A stretch of 32,000 nucleotides of DNA from Ignicoccus islandicus DSM 13165 (GCF_001481685.1 NZ_CP006867.1:990001-1022000), one strand, 5' to 3'; positions 1 to 9,128 are shown, counted from the first letter of the stretch. The notes: generated from the letters alone by a model not told the origin. Made by a program: numbers and translations.

Positions 1-306
1 TCCTTCGGGACCCATATATGGTATGGAAGCTTCGACGTCTATTGGAATTCCAACGTTCACTTGTATAGTTGAGAGGGGGGCTAAGGTTACGTTACGCGAG
101 AATTTCAAGTACAAGTAGAAAGCGAGCTCTCCCCCGTGCAGTATCGGCCTAAGGTATACTTCGGAATAAGGGCTCAATACCATCTCAAGAGACTCAGTAT
201 CGTATGTTCTCCTATATATACATAGTGAGGGATTGCACTTGAGCGATACCGTCCACTTGCCTTCCTTTACCTCGTCCTTGTCCCTTATCTTACCGAAGTA
301 CCTCAA
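1..306 (-). CDS. Partial CDS running off the left edge; resembles DUF432-type archaeal protein
   Basis: Manual translation from TTG at 304-306: MRYFGKIRDKDEVKEGKWTVSLKCNPSLCIYRRTYDTESLEMVLSPYSEVYLRPI...VNVGIPIDVEASIPYMGPEG. Open to the window edge. 4-nt overlap with the upstream amidohydrolase gene. Confidence 0.6.
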   Translation of the reverse strand, partial: MRYFGKIRDKDEVKEGKWTVSLKCNPSLCIYRRTYDTESLEMVLSPYSEVYLRPILHGGELAFYLYLKFSRNVTLAPLSTIQVNVGIPIDVEASIPYMGPEG

Positions 307-1472
307 AGAACCCTCACCTCTAAGTCGTCGGTAACTTCCAGCTCTCCACTTGGCCTCTCTCCGTGTATTTCCCATCCGCTACTCATTAATTTCAATACAG
401 TTTCCAGGTCGTCCACTGGCTTAGGTAGGAGCTTGTAATACTTGAACACCTCCTTGAGCCTCCAAGGACCGACCGGGCTATCGCTTCCATGGTAAACTTT
501 AACGCCCAATTCAATCATGTCCCTAACCCTCATGAATCGCTTCCAATTAGGGCCTAAGATTGACTTGAACTCTTCCACCCCCACGCTCTCCATTATCCCC
601 GGCTGGACGCTCACCTCTATGCCCTCAGAAGCCAAGTACTCGAGTTGGTCATCCCTAGTTATTGCCGCGTGTTCTATCCTCAGGACCCTCTTCGGCTTAC
701 CAGCCATTTCGTAGGCCCTTATGACTAAGTCTATTGCTTCATCGCCCATTGCGTGCACTGCTACTCTGAAGCCCTCCTCCTTGCCTCTAATTAGCCATTG
801 ACTTAGCTCCCTTTCATCTATTAACTTCCTCCCCTTTCCGTTCATCAATGCCGTCCCGTAGATTAGGACCCCGTCCGCGAACAACTTGATGCCAGGAGAA
901 CCCTTGACGAACGCCTCTTTTCTCATATATGGTATTACGTGAACTTTATGGTTCAAGCTCTTCACTAGCTCCCATTCTAGCCATCTAGAGGTCATGGCGT
1001 GAATTTGGAGGAAGCCGTTGGAATAGAGGTCGTCTAAAACGGCCTTATACGCACCAACCAATTTGCCGATGGGCGGATCCGGCATTTTCCTCCGAACTAA
1101 GAGCATTGCGTCCTCGTACAGCCTTCCCGTGGGAACGCCTTCGACGCACTCTACCCCGCTATAGGAGCAGTCCACTCCAGATATTTCTATTGCCTTACTG
1201 TTAACTACTGCCATGTGTCCGTCCCTGGTCGCAATTGAAACTGGCTTATCGCTTACCTCGTCCAGTAGCTCCTTCGTTATTGCCTTCGCTAACTTGTAGT
1301 GGAGTAAGCTCCCTATCACCCATCCGCCGTACGTTCCGCCCCTTTCGCTCTCCTCGCGAACCTTACTCAGAACGCATTCTACCGTTGAACACTCCTTCAA
1401 ATTGAGCTCTAAGAGGGACCTAGCAGTCCAAGAAAGGTGGAAGTGAGTGTCAACGAAGGGTCGAACCCTCAA
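303..1472 (-). CDS. Amidohydrolase family metal-dependent hydrolase (YtcJ/amidohydrolase_3-like)
   Basis: 389 aa ORF; DTHFHL N-terminal metal motif, AVHAMGDEAIDLVI, LRIEHA and YHGSDSPVGPW motifs. Confidence 0.85.
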   Translation of the reverse strand: MRVRPFVDTHFHLSWTARSLLELNLKECSTVECVLSKVREESERGGTYGGWVIGSLLHYKLAKAITKELLDEVSDKPVSIATRDGHMAVVNSKAIEISGVDCSYSGVECVEGVPTGRLYEDAMLLVRRKMPDPPIGKLVGAYKAVLDDLYSNGFLQIHAMTSRWLEWELVKSLNHKVHVIPYMRKEAFVKGSPGIKLFADGVLIYGTALMNGKGRKLIDERELSQWLIRGKEEGFRVAVHAMGDEAIDLVIRAYEMAGKPKRVLRIEHAAITRDDQLEYLASEGIEVSVQPGIMESVGVEEFKSILGPNWKRFMRVRDMIELGVKVYHGSDSPVGPWRLKEVFKYYKLLPKPVDDLETVLKLMSSGWEIHGERPSGELEVTDDLEVRVL

Positions 1473-2332
1473 TAGGTCAATCCTCCTGGTACGTCTATTA
1501 CTGATCGCGAGAACGGGGAGTTAAGCGCTTCGCTTAGGTCCCTTTCCTTCGAAACTAGCGAAGCGAAGACGTTTTGAGGTAAGGAGTTGATGGCCTCTAG
1601 ACCCTCGCTTAAGCTATCCCTCCCAGCGACTTCTATTTTAACGTGCTTACCCCTGAAGACGTTCTTAGAATAGGCTACTAATGGATGGAGAATTATGGTT
1701 CCGCCCTCCTTTATGCACATAGTGGCCGTATCAATGGCCATTTCCTCCAGTACCGAAACTACCACGGCTTCCCATTCTTGGGTACATGCCGACGCCTTCG
1801 TGGGGAAGTAATAGGCCGGTACGTTCGGTTCTTGACTCCATGCAAGTATTGGGACTTCCCATCCGCTTAGGTAAGAAACCAGAACGTTGGTTAAGCCGGA
1901 GCCTATTAGTAATGCCTTCTTTCCTTCTATTCTCTTTTTGATCCATGAGGCTATTGCGCCCGTTCCAGCTAAGGCTAACTTTAGAGGGTTCCCCGGAGGT
2001 AGTACCTCGACGTCTTTTTCCGGAACCACGAAGTATTCGCTCAAGGTCCCATCTAAGTGAACGCCAATTATCGATCCTTCGGAAGTGATTACGGGAGATG
2101 AAACTATCGAACCTCGTTCCACGTTCGCGTTTATTCCGGGCTCTTCAACTATACCGTAGCCTTCCATTCCGACGATCCTTCCGGGCTCTACCCATATGAG
2201 GCCCCTTACGAGACCTCTCTCCAAGGGACCTACTACGGCTTTCTCTATCTTTACCAATAAGTGACCTTCTGGTATCGGTGGAATGGGTTTCTCCTCAATT
2301 TGTAAGTCTCCTTTAAAAACTAGGCTTTTCAT
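1469..2332 (-). CDS. MDR/zinc-type alcohol dehydrogenase-like protein, apparently without zinc ligands
   Basis: 287 aa; GroES-like N-terminus (VKIEKAVVGPLERGLVRG...GRIVGMEGYGIV) and Rossmann-like segment (GKKALLIGSGLTNVLVSYL). ATGA overlap with the next gene. Confidence 0.65.
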   Translation of the reverse strand: MKSLVFKGDLQIEEKPIPPIPEGHLLVKIEKAVVGPLERGLVRGLIWVEPGRIVGMEGYGIVEEPGINANVERGSIVSSPVITSEGSIIGVHLDGTLSEYFVVPEKDVEVLPPGNPLKLALAGTGAIASWIKKRIEGKKALLIGSGLTNVLVSYLSGWEVPILAWSQEPNVPAYYFPTKASACTQEWEAVVVSVLEEMAIDTATMCIKEGGTIILHPLVAYSKNVFRGKHVKIEVAGRDSLSEGLEAINSLPQNVFASLVSKERDLSEALNSPFSRSVIDVPGGLTY

Positions 2333-2862
2333 TGGGTCTGCACCATTTTCCTCTTCAAATACGGTACGAGACCACCGCTTTCCAATATCTCTAATAGGGA
2401 GGGTGGGAGCTTGGGTACCTTGAACTCTTTCTTTAAGTTACCTTGGGGATCGTAAACCCTCACTACGCCGTTCTCTAGATCTACCTCCACTTCGTCTCCT
2501 TCTTCCACCGCTTCGCTAATTCCAGGAACTCTAACTGCCGGAAGGCCTTGATTTATGCAGTTCCGATAGAATATTCTAGCGAAGCTCTCAGCTACTACCG
2601 CCTTCACGCCGGCTCCCTTTAGCGCAACTACTGCTTGCTCCCTGGAGCTACCCATACCGAAGTTCCTGCCGGCTACGACTATTACGCCCCCTAGCTCCTT
2701 ACTCTTCTTATAGAAATCTGGCATTATGGGTTCGAAGCAATACTTTCCTAAAGTCTCCGGATCAGTGTATATTAGGTACCTACCGGGTATGATGACGTCA
2801 GTGTCTATGTTGTCGCCTACCTTTACAGCTTTAGCTCTAACTACCTTTTCCACTACGAGCAC
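2329..2862 (-). CDS. leuD: 3-isopropylmalate dehydratase / homoaconitase small subunit family
   Basis: 177 aa; [58 protein letters not shown] are diagnostic of the LeuD family. Confidence 0.93.
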   Translation of the reverse strand: MLVVEKVVRAKAVKVGDNIDTDVIIPGRYLIYTDPETLGKYCFEPIMPDFYKKSKELGGVIVVAGRNFGMGSSREQAVVALKGAGVKAVVAESFARIFYRNCINQGLPAVRVPGISEAVEEGDEVEVDLENGVVRVYDPQGNLKKEFKVPKLPPSLLEILESGGLVPYLKRKMVQTQ

Positions 2863-2904
2863 CCCAGAGGTCCACGCGTTGACCTCTAAAAGCGTGTACT
2901 GCCT

Positions 2905-3207
2905 TCACGGTTTCCCTAATTTAGGGAAAACGATGACTATTATCGGTCCTTCGACTCTGTGGACCCTCACCTCGTATTCCTCTTCGGCGTCCTCCGGTAT
3001 CCTTAGTATCTTGACGTACTCCCTCACCTCGCCTTCTTCCAGCTTTATTGTTTCTCTAAGCTTCACTCGCACTTTTACTACTCGCTTATGAACGCCGACG
3101 GTCAGCGTCCTCTCGTCAGCTAACGGTACGTCTATCAATACTTCGTACCTATCGGGGTACTCTACCACGTAGTGTAGGGGCTCGGTCTTACCGTTAGGCG
3201 AGATCAC
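2905..3207 (-). CDS. Small Hsp20/alpha-crystallin-like protein (tentative)
   Basis: 100 aa; EYPDRYEVLIDVPLADERTLTVGVHKRVVKVRVKLRE resembles a beta-rich Hsp20/CS fold. Confidence 0.5.
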   Translation of the reverse strand: MISPNGKTEPLHYVVEYPDRYEVLIDVPLADERTLTVGVHKRVVKVRVKLRETIKLEEGEVREYVKILRIPEDAEEEYEVRVHRVEGPIIVIVFPKLGKP

Positions 3208-3218
3208 GTTCCTTCACC

Positions 3219-3935
3219 TCAAGCGTAAGTGAGGGGCTGAGCTTCCTTCATTACGGTCATCGCTCTCTTGACATTCTCTTGCAATCGGGCCTTTATCTTC
3301 TCCGCGTCTTCCAATAGCTTTTCAACGTTGACCTTTATCCCGTACACTTTCTCCAAGCCTTGTAAGACTACGGCGGCCGCTCCCGGATCTGGGAATTCGG
3401 GGAAAGCGTCAGCTAGGAGGGCGACCGTTGGAGGGTTTCTAACCATAGAAGACTTAAGTAAGGCGGCAGTGGGTCCATATAGTATGCCGTCCTTGAGGGG
3501 TCTACCCCATTCCCTTAGTTTATCCATTTCCTCAATGTCGGTTTGGGAAACTATCCAACCGGGTCTGGGTTTAACGTTGAGCCTATTCGGGTTCGCAAGT
3601 CCGGTTAAGGAAATTATTCGTTCGCACCTTATTCTCGCAGCGTAATCCATTATGGCTTGGGAAAGCGGGAAGACAGATGGCGGTGGTAATGGAATTTCAG
3701 GGAATATTAGAGCTACCTCTCCTCCATGGTAAATTCCTATAGGGTAATTGGAAACGCCCTCCTTAACTGTGGTCACTAGCATTTCATCGGGAATGTCTAT
3801 TCCACCTATTTGTTCGAGACCTAATTCCTCGATTAGGTGCCTGGTAGAAATTATGCCCACGAGGCCGACGTCGTGGAAGCCAACTATTAGGTACTTGGCC
3901 TTTACCCTCTTATTTTCATGTACTTCAATTATCAC
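3219..3935 (-). CDS. PAC2 family protein (proteasome assembly chaperone-like)
   Basis: 238 aa; LIVGFHDVGLVGIISTRHLIEEL, GEVALIFPEIPLPP, YGPTAALL, ALLADAFPEFPDPGAAAVVLQGLEK. Confidence 0.88.
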   Translation of the reverse strand: MIIEVHENKRVKAKYLIVGFHDVGLVGIISTRHLIEELGLEQIGGIDIPDEMLVTTVKEGVSNYPIGIYHGGEVALIFPEIPLPPPSVFPLSQAIMDYAARIRCERIISLTGLANPNRLNVKPRPGWIVSQTDIEEMDKLREWGRPLKDGILYGPTAALLKSSMVRNPPTVALLADAFPEFPDPGAAAVVLQGLEKVYGIKVNVEKLLEDAEKIKARLQENVKRAMTVMKEAQPLTYA

Positions 3936-4007
3936 AGTATTTCCCCTCGGGTACGTGGAATCCTCATCACGAATCAGGGGGATCGAGGTACCTCATCAGA
4001 AAAAAGC

Positions 4008-4382
4008 TTACATTTCTTCAACAGTGTAGGAGTAGGCTCCTGGCTTAACTAACTTGTCGAACGATTCTGCTGGAACGTAAACCTGGACTCTCCTGTTCTT
4101 AGAATATAACTTTACAACGCCCTTAGTCTCTAAGTCCCTAAGTATTCTCTTGGCTAATCCAATTCCTACTTCCATCTTGTTAGCTAAGACGTATGGAGTT
4201 ACGTATTGCATCTTCCTAACTATGGCCTCGGCCTTCCTGAGTACGTCCCCCTCAGCGACCACTCTCTGGGTCACGCCTCTAGTGCTCTTCTTCTCTTCTA
4301 TCATTCTCTTTCTTATATCCTCTAAGAGTTGCTTCATTTGCCTTTTCTCAGCTGCTGAAAGGGGTTTGTTTACCCTACCCAT
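4008..4382 (-). CDS. rps25e: 30S ribosomal protein S25e family
   Basis: 124 aa; basic N-terminus and winged-helix segment YVTPYVLANKMEVGIGLAKRILRDLETKGVVKLYSKNRRVQVYV. Confidence 0.85.
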   Translation of the reverse strand: MGRVNKPLSAAEKRQMKQLLEDIRKRMIEEKKSTRGVTQRVVAEGDVLRKAEAIVRKMQYVTPYVLANKMEVGIGLAKRILRDLETKGVVKLYSKNRRVQVYVPAESFDKLVKPGAYSYTVEEM

Positions 4383-4478
4383 TTCCTTCTAACCCCAGTG
4401 AGTTTGATGGGATAGGGGAAAATAAAGACAGTCCGAGAACCTAAAACCCTTGGAAGGACCCTAACGCTAGGGAAGGAA

Positions 4479-4742
4479 ATGGACCTAGGAGTGCCTTTGA
4501 TAATCTTAGGAATTACCTTGATTGTAATAGGAATAATCGTAAGCGTCTTATCGAAAGCTCAAAACGTCGAGTGGGGAGGCGGAGCCGTCATCTTCATTGG
4601 ACCCGTTCCAATAGTGATAGGCGGCGGGAAATTGGGATGGCTCGCAATTCTAATAGCCGTCTTACTAGCGTTTGCAATGATTCTAATGACGTTTGTTTAC
4701 CTTCGCTCAATGCCCCTTGAGCCCCCTCGCCAAACTCCCTAG
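4479..4742 (+). CDS. Small membrane protein, DUF131 family
   Basis: 87 aa; two TM segments around GGAVIFIGPVPIVIGG. Confidence 0.8.
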   Translation: MDLGVPLIILGITLIVIGIIVSVLSKAQNVEWGGGAVIFIGPVPIVIGGGKLGWLAILIAVLLAFAMILMTFVYLRSMPLEPPRQTP

Positions 4743-5810
4743 TACTTCTAAGCCGTACTTAAGCTCAGCCGGTGGCGCAGAGAAGCTTATCCTCAGCGAC
4801 GTCTTACCGTATTTCTCTGAAAACACCTTACCTGGGATAGAAATTACCCCCTCCTTAGCTGCTTGCAAAGCTAGTTCTTCCGAGTCTACGCCGAAGTCCG
4901 GGAACGCGTAGAAAGATCCATCTCCAACTCCTGGAAAGTCCGAAATTCTCTTTAATACACTAATTACTTCCTCCCTCCTCTTTGCGTATTCGCTGACCAT
5001 GTCGTTTACGTGTCTCTCTATTACGTCGGGCTGCTCTAAGATCCTCTCGAGGGCTATTTGTTCCCATTTGCAAGGGCAGCCGTAGACGTTCGAGGCAACC
5101 GAAATGAGCTTCTTTATTACGTCCTCCTTCGCGACTATTGCGCCTAGCCTCCAACCGGGAATGCATAGTATCTTGCTGAAGCTATAGACAAAGGCCCCCG
5201 TTTCCCTCCACTTGGGCGTTGATAAGAAGCTCACGTGTTTACCATTGTACACGAACACGTCGTACGGCTCGTCGCTTACTACGTAGCTTTTCCTTTCCCA
5301 AGCCCTTTCAACCAAATCGAACATTCCGTCGCCTAGTACCGAACCGGTGGGATTGGAAGGCGAGTTAACGACCGTCAAGCCCTTGCTAGGTACTAAGGCG
5401 CTTAAGTCTTCGGGGAAGGAGTAACCGACCCCGCTCCTTACTAATGGAACTTTCCTTACAGGCCTACCTAAGGACTCGACCACTGGTTCGTAGCTGTAAT
5501 ACGTCGGATCAGTTAAAACGACCTCGCCTTTTGAGAAATAGAGCAAGGAGAGGTAAAGGGCGGCTTTACCGGAAGGGGTAACCATTACTTCCCTTTCAGA
5601 TATTTCAGTGTTATATCTTTCGGAGAACCACTCAGCTAATTTCCTTCTCAGAGAAGGAATGCCTCCGCTAGGGGTATACGTTGGCTTAATTTCGGTTGCT
5701 CTAATTAGTTCCTCGACCAATTCCCGGGGAGGGTTCTTATCGGGTTCGCCTAAACCCAAGTTAGCGCGAATTTCGCGAGCCAAGGACTTGGCCTTACTAA
5801 CGAAGGACAA
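4707..5810 (-). CDS. Class I/II PLP-dependent aminotransferase
   Basis: 367 aa; VNSPSNPTGSVL, SDEPYDVFVY, YSFSKILCIPGWRLGAIVA (PLP-lysine motif). Confidence 0.93.
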   Translation of the reverse strand: MSFVSKAKSLAREIRANLGLGEPDKNPPRELVEELIRATEIKPTYTPSGGIPSLRRKLAEWFSERYNTEISEREVMVTPSGKAALYLSLLYFSKGEVVLTDPTYYSYEPVVESLGRPVRKVPLVRSGVGYSFPEDLSALVPSKGLTVVNSPSNPTGSVLGDGMFDLVERAWERKSYVVSDEPYDVFVYNGKHVSFLSTPKWRETGAFVYSFSKILCIPGWRLGAIVAKEDVIKKLISVASNVYGCPCKWEQIALERILEQPDVIERHVNDMVSEYAKRREEVISVLKRISDFPGVGDGSFYAFPDFGVDSEELALQAAKEGVISIPGKVFSEKYGKTSLRISFSAPPAELKYGLEVLGSLARGLKGH

Positions 5811-5943
5811 GGTTGAATCTGCGGAGAGCTCCTCTATCAGAATTTATCCCCTATGAACCTCACCCCCAATCGACTATAATTACGTTTGAGTTTCTCGCTT
5901 GCTTGTATACTATCGCTAACTACACATATGGGAATAAACTAGA

Positions 5944-5975
5944 GTTAATAATATTGGTAATATTAACTTATTACC
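5944..5975. repeat. Overlapping short inverted repeats in an AT-rich intergenic region
   Basis: GTTAATA (5944-5950) / TATTAAC (5961-5967) and GGTAAT (5956-5961) / ATTACC (5970-5975), all exact. Confidence 0.5.
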
Positions 5976-6014
5976 GATATATGGGTCAATATAGATTGTG
6001 TAAGGGGAGTCCCG

Positions 6015-6443
6015 TTGGGATATAATATCGAGGAATTCATACCAGTGCTCCCTTCTAGGGAGCTGATTTCGGAGTTTATTGAAGAGCTTTATAAGGAGAG
6101 CCGTGGAGACTGCGTAACGATACTGGATACTATTTCAAAGTTACTCGAAGGAGAACTCGAAGACTCATTACGCAATTTAAATAAGTATTTCGGAGACGGC
6201 GAAATTCACCCCGAAGCTGCTCTTAACATACTGATATTAAAGAGCTTCAAGGACTTCCTACGATTGTACAGCGATCTCATAAGAAGCGCTAAAGACGGTA
6301 ACCTAGATCCGGAAACCAAATCTGAGGTCGTCAACGTTCTAGAGCCCCTAATCGCGGTGATAAGGCTAGCTGGTAGCTGGAACGCCATTGCTTCCAGAGA
6401 GGTTCGAGGAAATCTTCAACGGGAAATTAAAGAACCTTCCTAG
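6015..6443 (+). CDS. Hypothetical protein
   Basis: 142 aa helical ORF from TTG, with a GGGGAG purine-rich stretch upstream; no family recognised. Confidence 0.6.
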   Translation: MGYNIEEFIPVLPSRELISEFIEELYKESRGDCVTILDTISKLLEGELEDSLRNLNKYFGDGEIHPEAALNILILKSFKDFLRLYSDLIRSAKDGNLDPETKSEVVNVLEPLIAVIRLAGSWNAIASREVRGNLQREIKEPS

Positions 6444-6467
6444 AATTGGCGAATGAGAACTATCCTC

Positions 6468-6480
6468 AAAATATATAAAC
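6468..6480 (+). promoter_or_regulatory. Archaeal TATA box for tRNA-Gln
   Basis: aaaatatataaac, about 29 nt upstream of the tRNA 5' end. Confidence 0.65.
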
Positions 6481-6503
6481 TGTTTTTTCCCGACACCCTT
6501 CGG

Positions 6504-6579
6504 AGCCGGGTCGTCTAGCGGCCAAGGATGCGGGGCTTTGGCCCCCGTGACCGGGGTTCGAATCCCCGCCCGGCTACCA
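6504..6579 (+). tRNA. tRNA-Gln (anticodon TTG), CCA encoded
   Basis: AGCCGGG/CCCGGCT acceptor; anticodon arm CGGGG-CTTTGGC-CCCCG; T-arm CGGGGTTCGAATCCCCG; 3' A-CCA. Confidence 0.95.
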
Positions 6580-6911
6580 TCCTATCTCCCTCAATTACGT
6601 TTCTATACTCAACCATCACACCGTGTAAGTCAACCCTAAGGTATTCGCAAACCTTGAACGCATTGAACATTATCTCAAAAGAACTCCATTTCTAACTAGT
6701 AAGTTCTCTATATGGATTAGGTTTTCGGACTGAAGGGTTAATTCAATTAACATATTTTTCAAGCGATTTCAATTATCGATATTCAACTTTTAAGGCGAAA
6801 AAATTGGCAGTGGCAAAAACCTTTTCAACAATACTACATTCTGTGAATTGAATCTACCAAGGAATTCTTTTAAACGTTGAATAAGCTGGTGTTAAATGAG
6901 GAGTGGTGACG

Positions 6912-8567
6912 ATGAGATCGGCCTTAATGGCCCTGTTCTTCGCGGCCGCCTTACTGGCTATGCCAATGATGGGTCCAATGCATGGCGGAATGAACGAAAA
7001 CGCTAACACCATTGACCTCATGGCCGCCATAAACAACCTACCTAACGTTAGCCAACAGACCAAGGCTTGTCTCGCTTGCCACGTGCAATACACTCCCGGT
7101 ATAGTCGCTGACTGGCTCAAGAGCAAAATGGCTCACGTTACCCCAGCTGAAGCTTGGAAGAAGCCAGCCATCAAGAGAGAAGTGAGCACTCCGCTCGATG
7201 AGATACCGCCGCAATACAGGAACGTAGTGGTTGGATGTTACGAGTGTCACACAATGAACGCTGACAAGCACCCCGACACCGTTGACCACTTCGGCTTCAA
7301 GATACACCCAATAGTAACCCCTAACGACTGTAAGACCTGCCACAAGGTAGAGGTTGAACAGTACAGCCAAAGCAGCAAAGCATGGGCCTACAAGAACTTA
7401 ATGAAGAATCCGGTCTACAAGGGCCTAGTAGATGCTTCTACTACCTTCATGTGCATGGGTAAGAAGATAGGCGGTGAACAAACCAGCCAAGCTGCTAGCT
7501 GTCTGGAGTGCCACGGTACTGTAGTTAAAGTAAAGGGCTTCAAGCAAATAACTTACAAGGGCCTAGTTGTAACCGTACCGGACTACGAGGGTTGGCCTAA
7601 CCACGGAGTCGGTAGGGTCAACCCGGATGGGAGCAGGGGAGCTTGTACTGCTTGCCACCCCAGGCACAGCTTCGACATAGCTGTAGCTAGGAGCCCCTAC
7701 ACTTGCGGTCAATGCCACCTAGACCCGGACGTACCTGCCTTCAACGTATGGAAGGAGAGCAAGCACGGCAACCTATGGATGGTGCATCACAAGCGCTACA
7801 ACATGAAGGCTCCCGATTGGAAGCCTGGAGCTGACTTCCAAGCGCCCACGTGTGCAACTTGTCACATGAGCCAGTTAGTAGACCCGATAACTAAGCAAGT
7901 GATAGTACCTAGGACTCACAACGTTGACACTAGGCTATGGGTAAGGCTCTTCGGTCTAATTTACGCTCACCCAATGCCCAAGGTTGGAGACCACACCTTA
8001 CTGAGCGTTGAGGCCGTCCCAGCTAGCACTGCCGAGGCTCTAGCCAAGCAAGGACTAACCATAGCGAAGGCGTTAGTTGGAGTAAAGCTACCAATGCCGA
8101 TAAGCCTAGCGCCCGATGTAAAGACCGGCAAGTTCGTATACGCAAAGCTACCTAACGGCGAACCCGGCCTAATAAGCCCAGAGGAGCAAGCTAAGAGGAA
8201 GGAAACCATGAAGCTAATATGTACTCAATGCCACTCCAAGGATTACGTTGAGAACAAGTTCAAGCTACTAGACGAACAGATCAAGGAGAGCAACTTAGCG
8301 ACCCTAAAGGCAACCGTGCTACTACTGAAGGCGTGGCAGAGCGGCCTAGCTCACGTGGACCTAAAGGACCCGAAGACCCTCTTCGACGAGTACATTGAGA
8401 GGCTGTGGATAGAGAGCTGGCTGTTCTACGGCAACAGCATTAGGTACGGTACTGCGATGAACGGCCAAGACTGGACCACCTTCAAGAGAGGCTGGTACCA
8501 GTTAACTAAGGACCTAGAGCAAATGCAAATGTTACTCGAGCTATACAATAAGGCGGCCGCTAAGTAA
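6912..8567 (+). CDS. Octaheme c-type cytochrome, hydroxylamine-oxidoreductase-related (Ignicoccus-type membrane-associated OCC)
   Basis: Eight CXXCH motifs: CLACH, CYECH, CKTCH, CLECH, CTACH, CGQCH, CATCH, CTQCH. N-terminal signal peptide MRSALMALFFAAALLAMPMMG. ORF extends to GTG 6903, but ATG 6912 has better spacing to GAGGAG (6899-6904). Confidence 0.93.
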   Translation: MRSALMALFFAAALLAMPMMGPMHGGMNENANTIDLMAAINNLPNVSQQTKACLACHVQYTPGIVADWLKSKMAHVTPAEAWKKPAIKREVSTPLDEIPPQYRNVVVGCYECHTMNADKHPDTVDHFGFKIHPIVTPNDCKTCHKVEVEQYSQSSKAWAYKNLMKNPVYKGLVDASTTFMCMGKKIGGEQTSQAASCLECHGTVVKVKGFKQITYKGLVVTVPDYEGWPNHGVGRVNPDGSRGACTACHPRHSFDIAVARSPYTCGQCHLDPDVPAFNVWKESKHGNLWMVHHKRYNMKAPDWKPGADFQAPTCATCHMSQLVDPITKQVIVPRTHNVDTRLWVRLFGLIYAHPMPKVGDHTLLSVEAVPASTAEALAKQGLTIAKALVGVKLPMPISLAPDVKTGKFVYAKLPNGEPGLISPEEQAKRKETMKLICTQCHSKDYVENKFKLLDEQIKESNLATLKATVLLLKAWQSGLAHVDLKDPKTLFDEYIERLWIESWLFYGNSIRYGTAMNGQDWTTFKRGWYQLTKDLEQMQMLLELYNKAAAK

Positions 8568-8572
8568 AAAGA

Positions 8573-8579
8573 TTTTTTT
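8573..8579 (+). terminator. Oligo-T archaeal-type terminator after the cytochrome gene
   Basis: Stop TAA at 8565-8567, then aaagaTTTTTTTa. Confidence 0.5.
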
Positions 8580-8640
8580 AAGACACTTGCTCATACGCTC
8601 ATATATCCCGTTACTTCTCCCCTACTTTCGGGAGGCCGGA

Positions 8641-9063
8641 ATGAAACACCTCTTCTATAACACCGTAATTTTCGCGATGATCGTCCTAGGTTCGACGATC
8701 CTCTGCAGAGCTTTCGGCCTTCTCGGCTTCCTATGGACGTTCTTCGTAGCTTACAGCCTATACTTCCAACTTAGGAAGGACCTTTGCACCAATTGTCCCT
8801 TTTACGGCAAGCCTTGTTTCTCCGGCTGGGGCCTCCTAGCTAGCAAGTTGTTCGAAAGGAATTCCGGTAATTTCGAGAGGGGTAGGAAGCTAGCTGCCAT
8901 CACTTGGGGTTCCTTCTTACTGCTCCCACCGACGATTTTAATATTGGTAGGGGATTTGTTCACCTTAATTCTATGGCTCCTCGCTAGCTTTTACGTATTT
9001 AGCGAATTTTACAACTTCCACAAGACGTGTCCGCTAAGGAGCAAGTGCGAAGGAAAGGGGTAA
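8641..9063 (+). CDS. Small multi-pass membrane protein with cysteine clusters (unknown)
   Basis: ORF opens at 8587, but ATG 8641 is preceded by GGGAGG. 140 aa, several TM segments, with CTNCPFYGKPCFSGWG and CPLRSKC. Confidence 0.75.
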   Translation: MKHLFYNTVIFAMIVLGSTILCRAFGLLGFLWTFFVAYSLYFQLRKDLCTNCPFYGKPCFSGWGLLASKLFERNSGNFERGRKLAAITWGSFLLLPPTILILVGDLFTLILWLLASFYVFSEFYNFHKTCPLRSKCEGKG

Positions 9064-9128
9064 GCGTTAGTGAGTGTCCGTAATAGCTTATTAGAAGCGT
9101 ACGTAGGTGAACCTAAAGGGGAGGTCGA

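Noticed and set aside
2726-3091. 121-aa ORF antisense to leuD and the Hsp20-like gene
   Set aside because: Low-complexity Ser/Thr-rich translation typical of the antisense frame; the sense genes are well supported.
3268-3645. 125-aa ORF antisense to the PAC2 gene
   Set aside because: Antisense to a confidently assigned conserved gene, with no motif of its own.
5813-6025. 70-aa plus-strand ORF between the aminotransferase and the 142-aa ORF
   Set aside because: Spans the AT-rich divergent intergenic region with the inverted repeats and overlaps the next gene start; no protein-like features.
6504-6579. Integrated element at the tRNA-Gln gene
   Set aside because: No integrase gene and no duplicated tRNA 3' end seen nearby; downstream sequence is the cytochrome upstream region.
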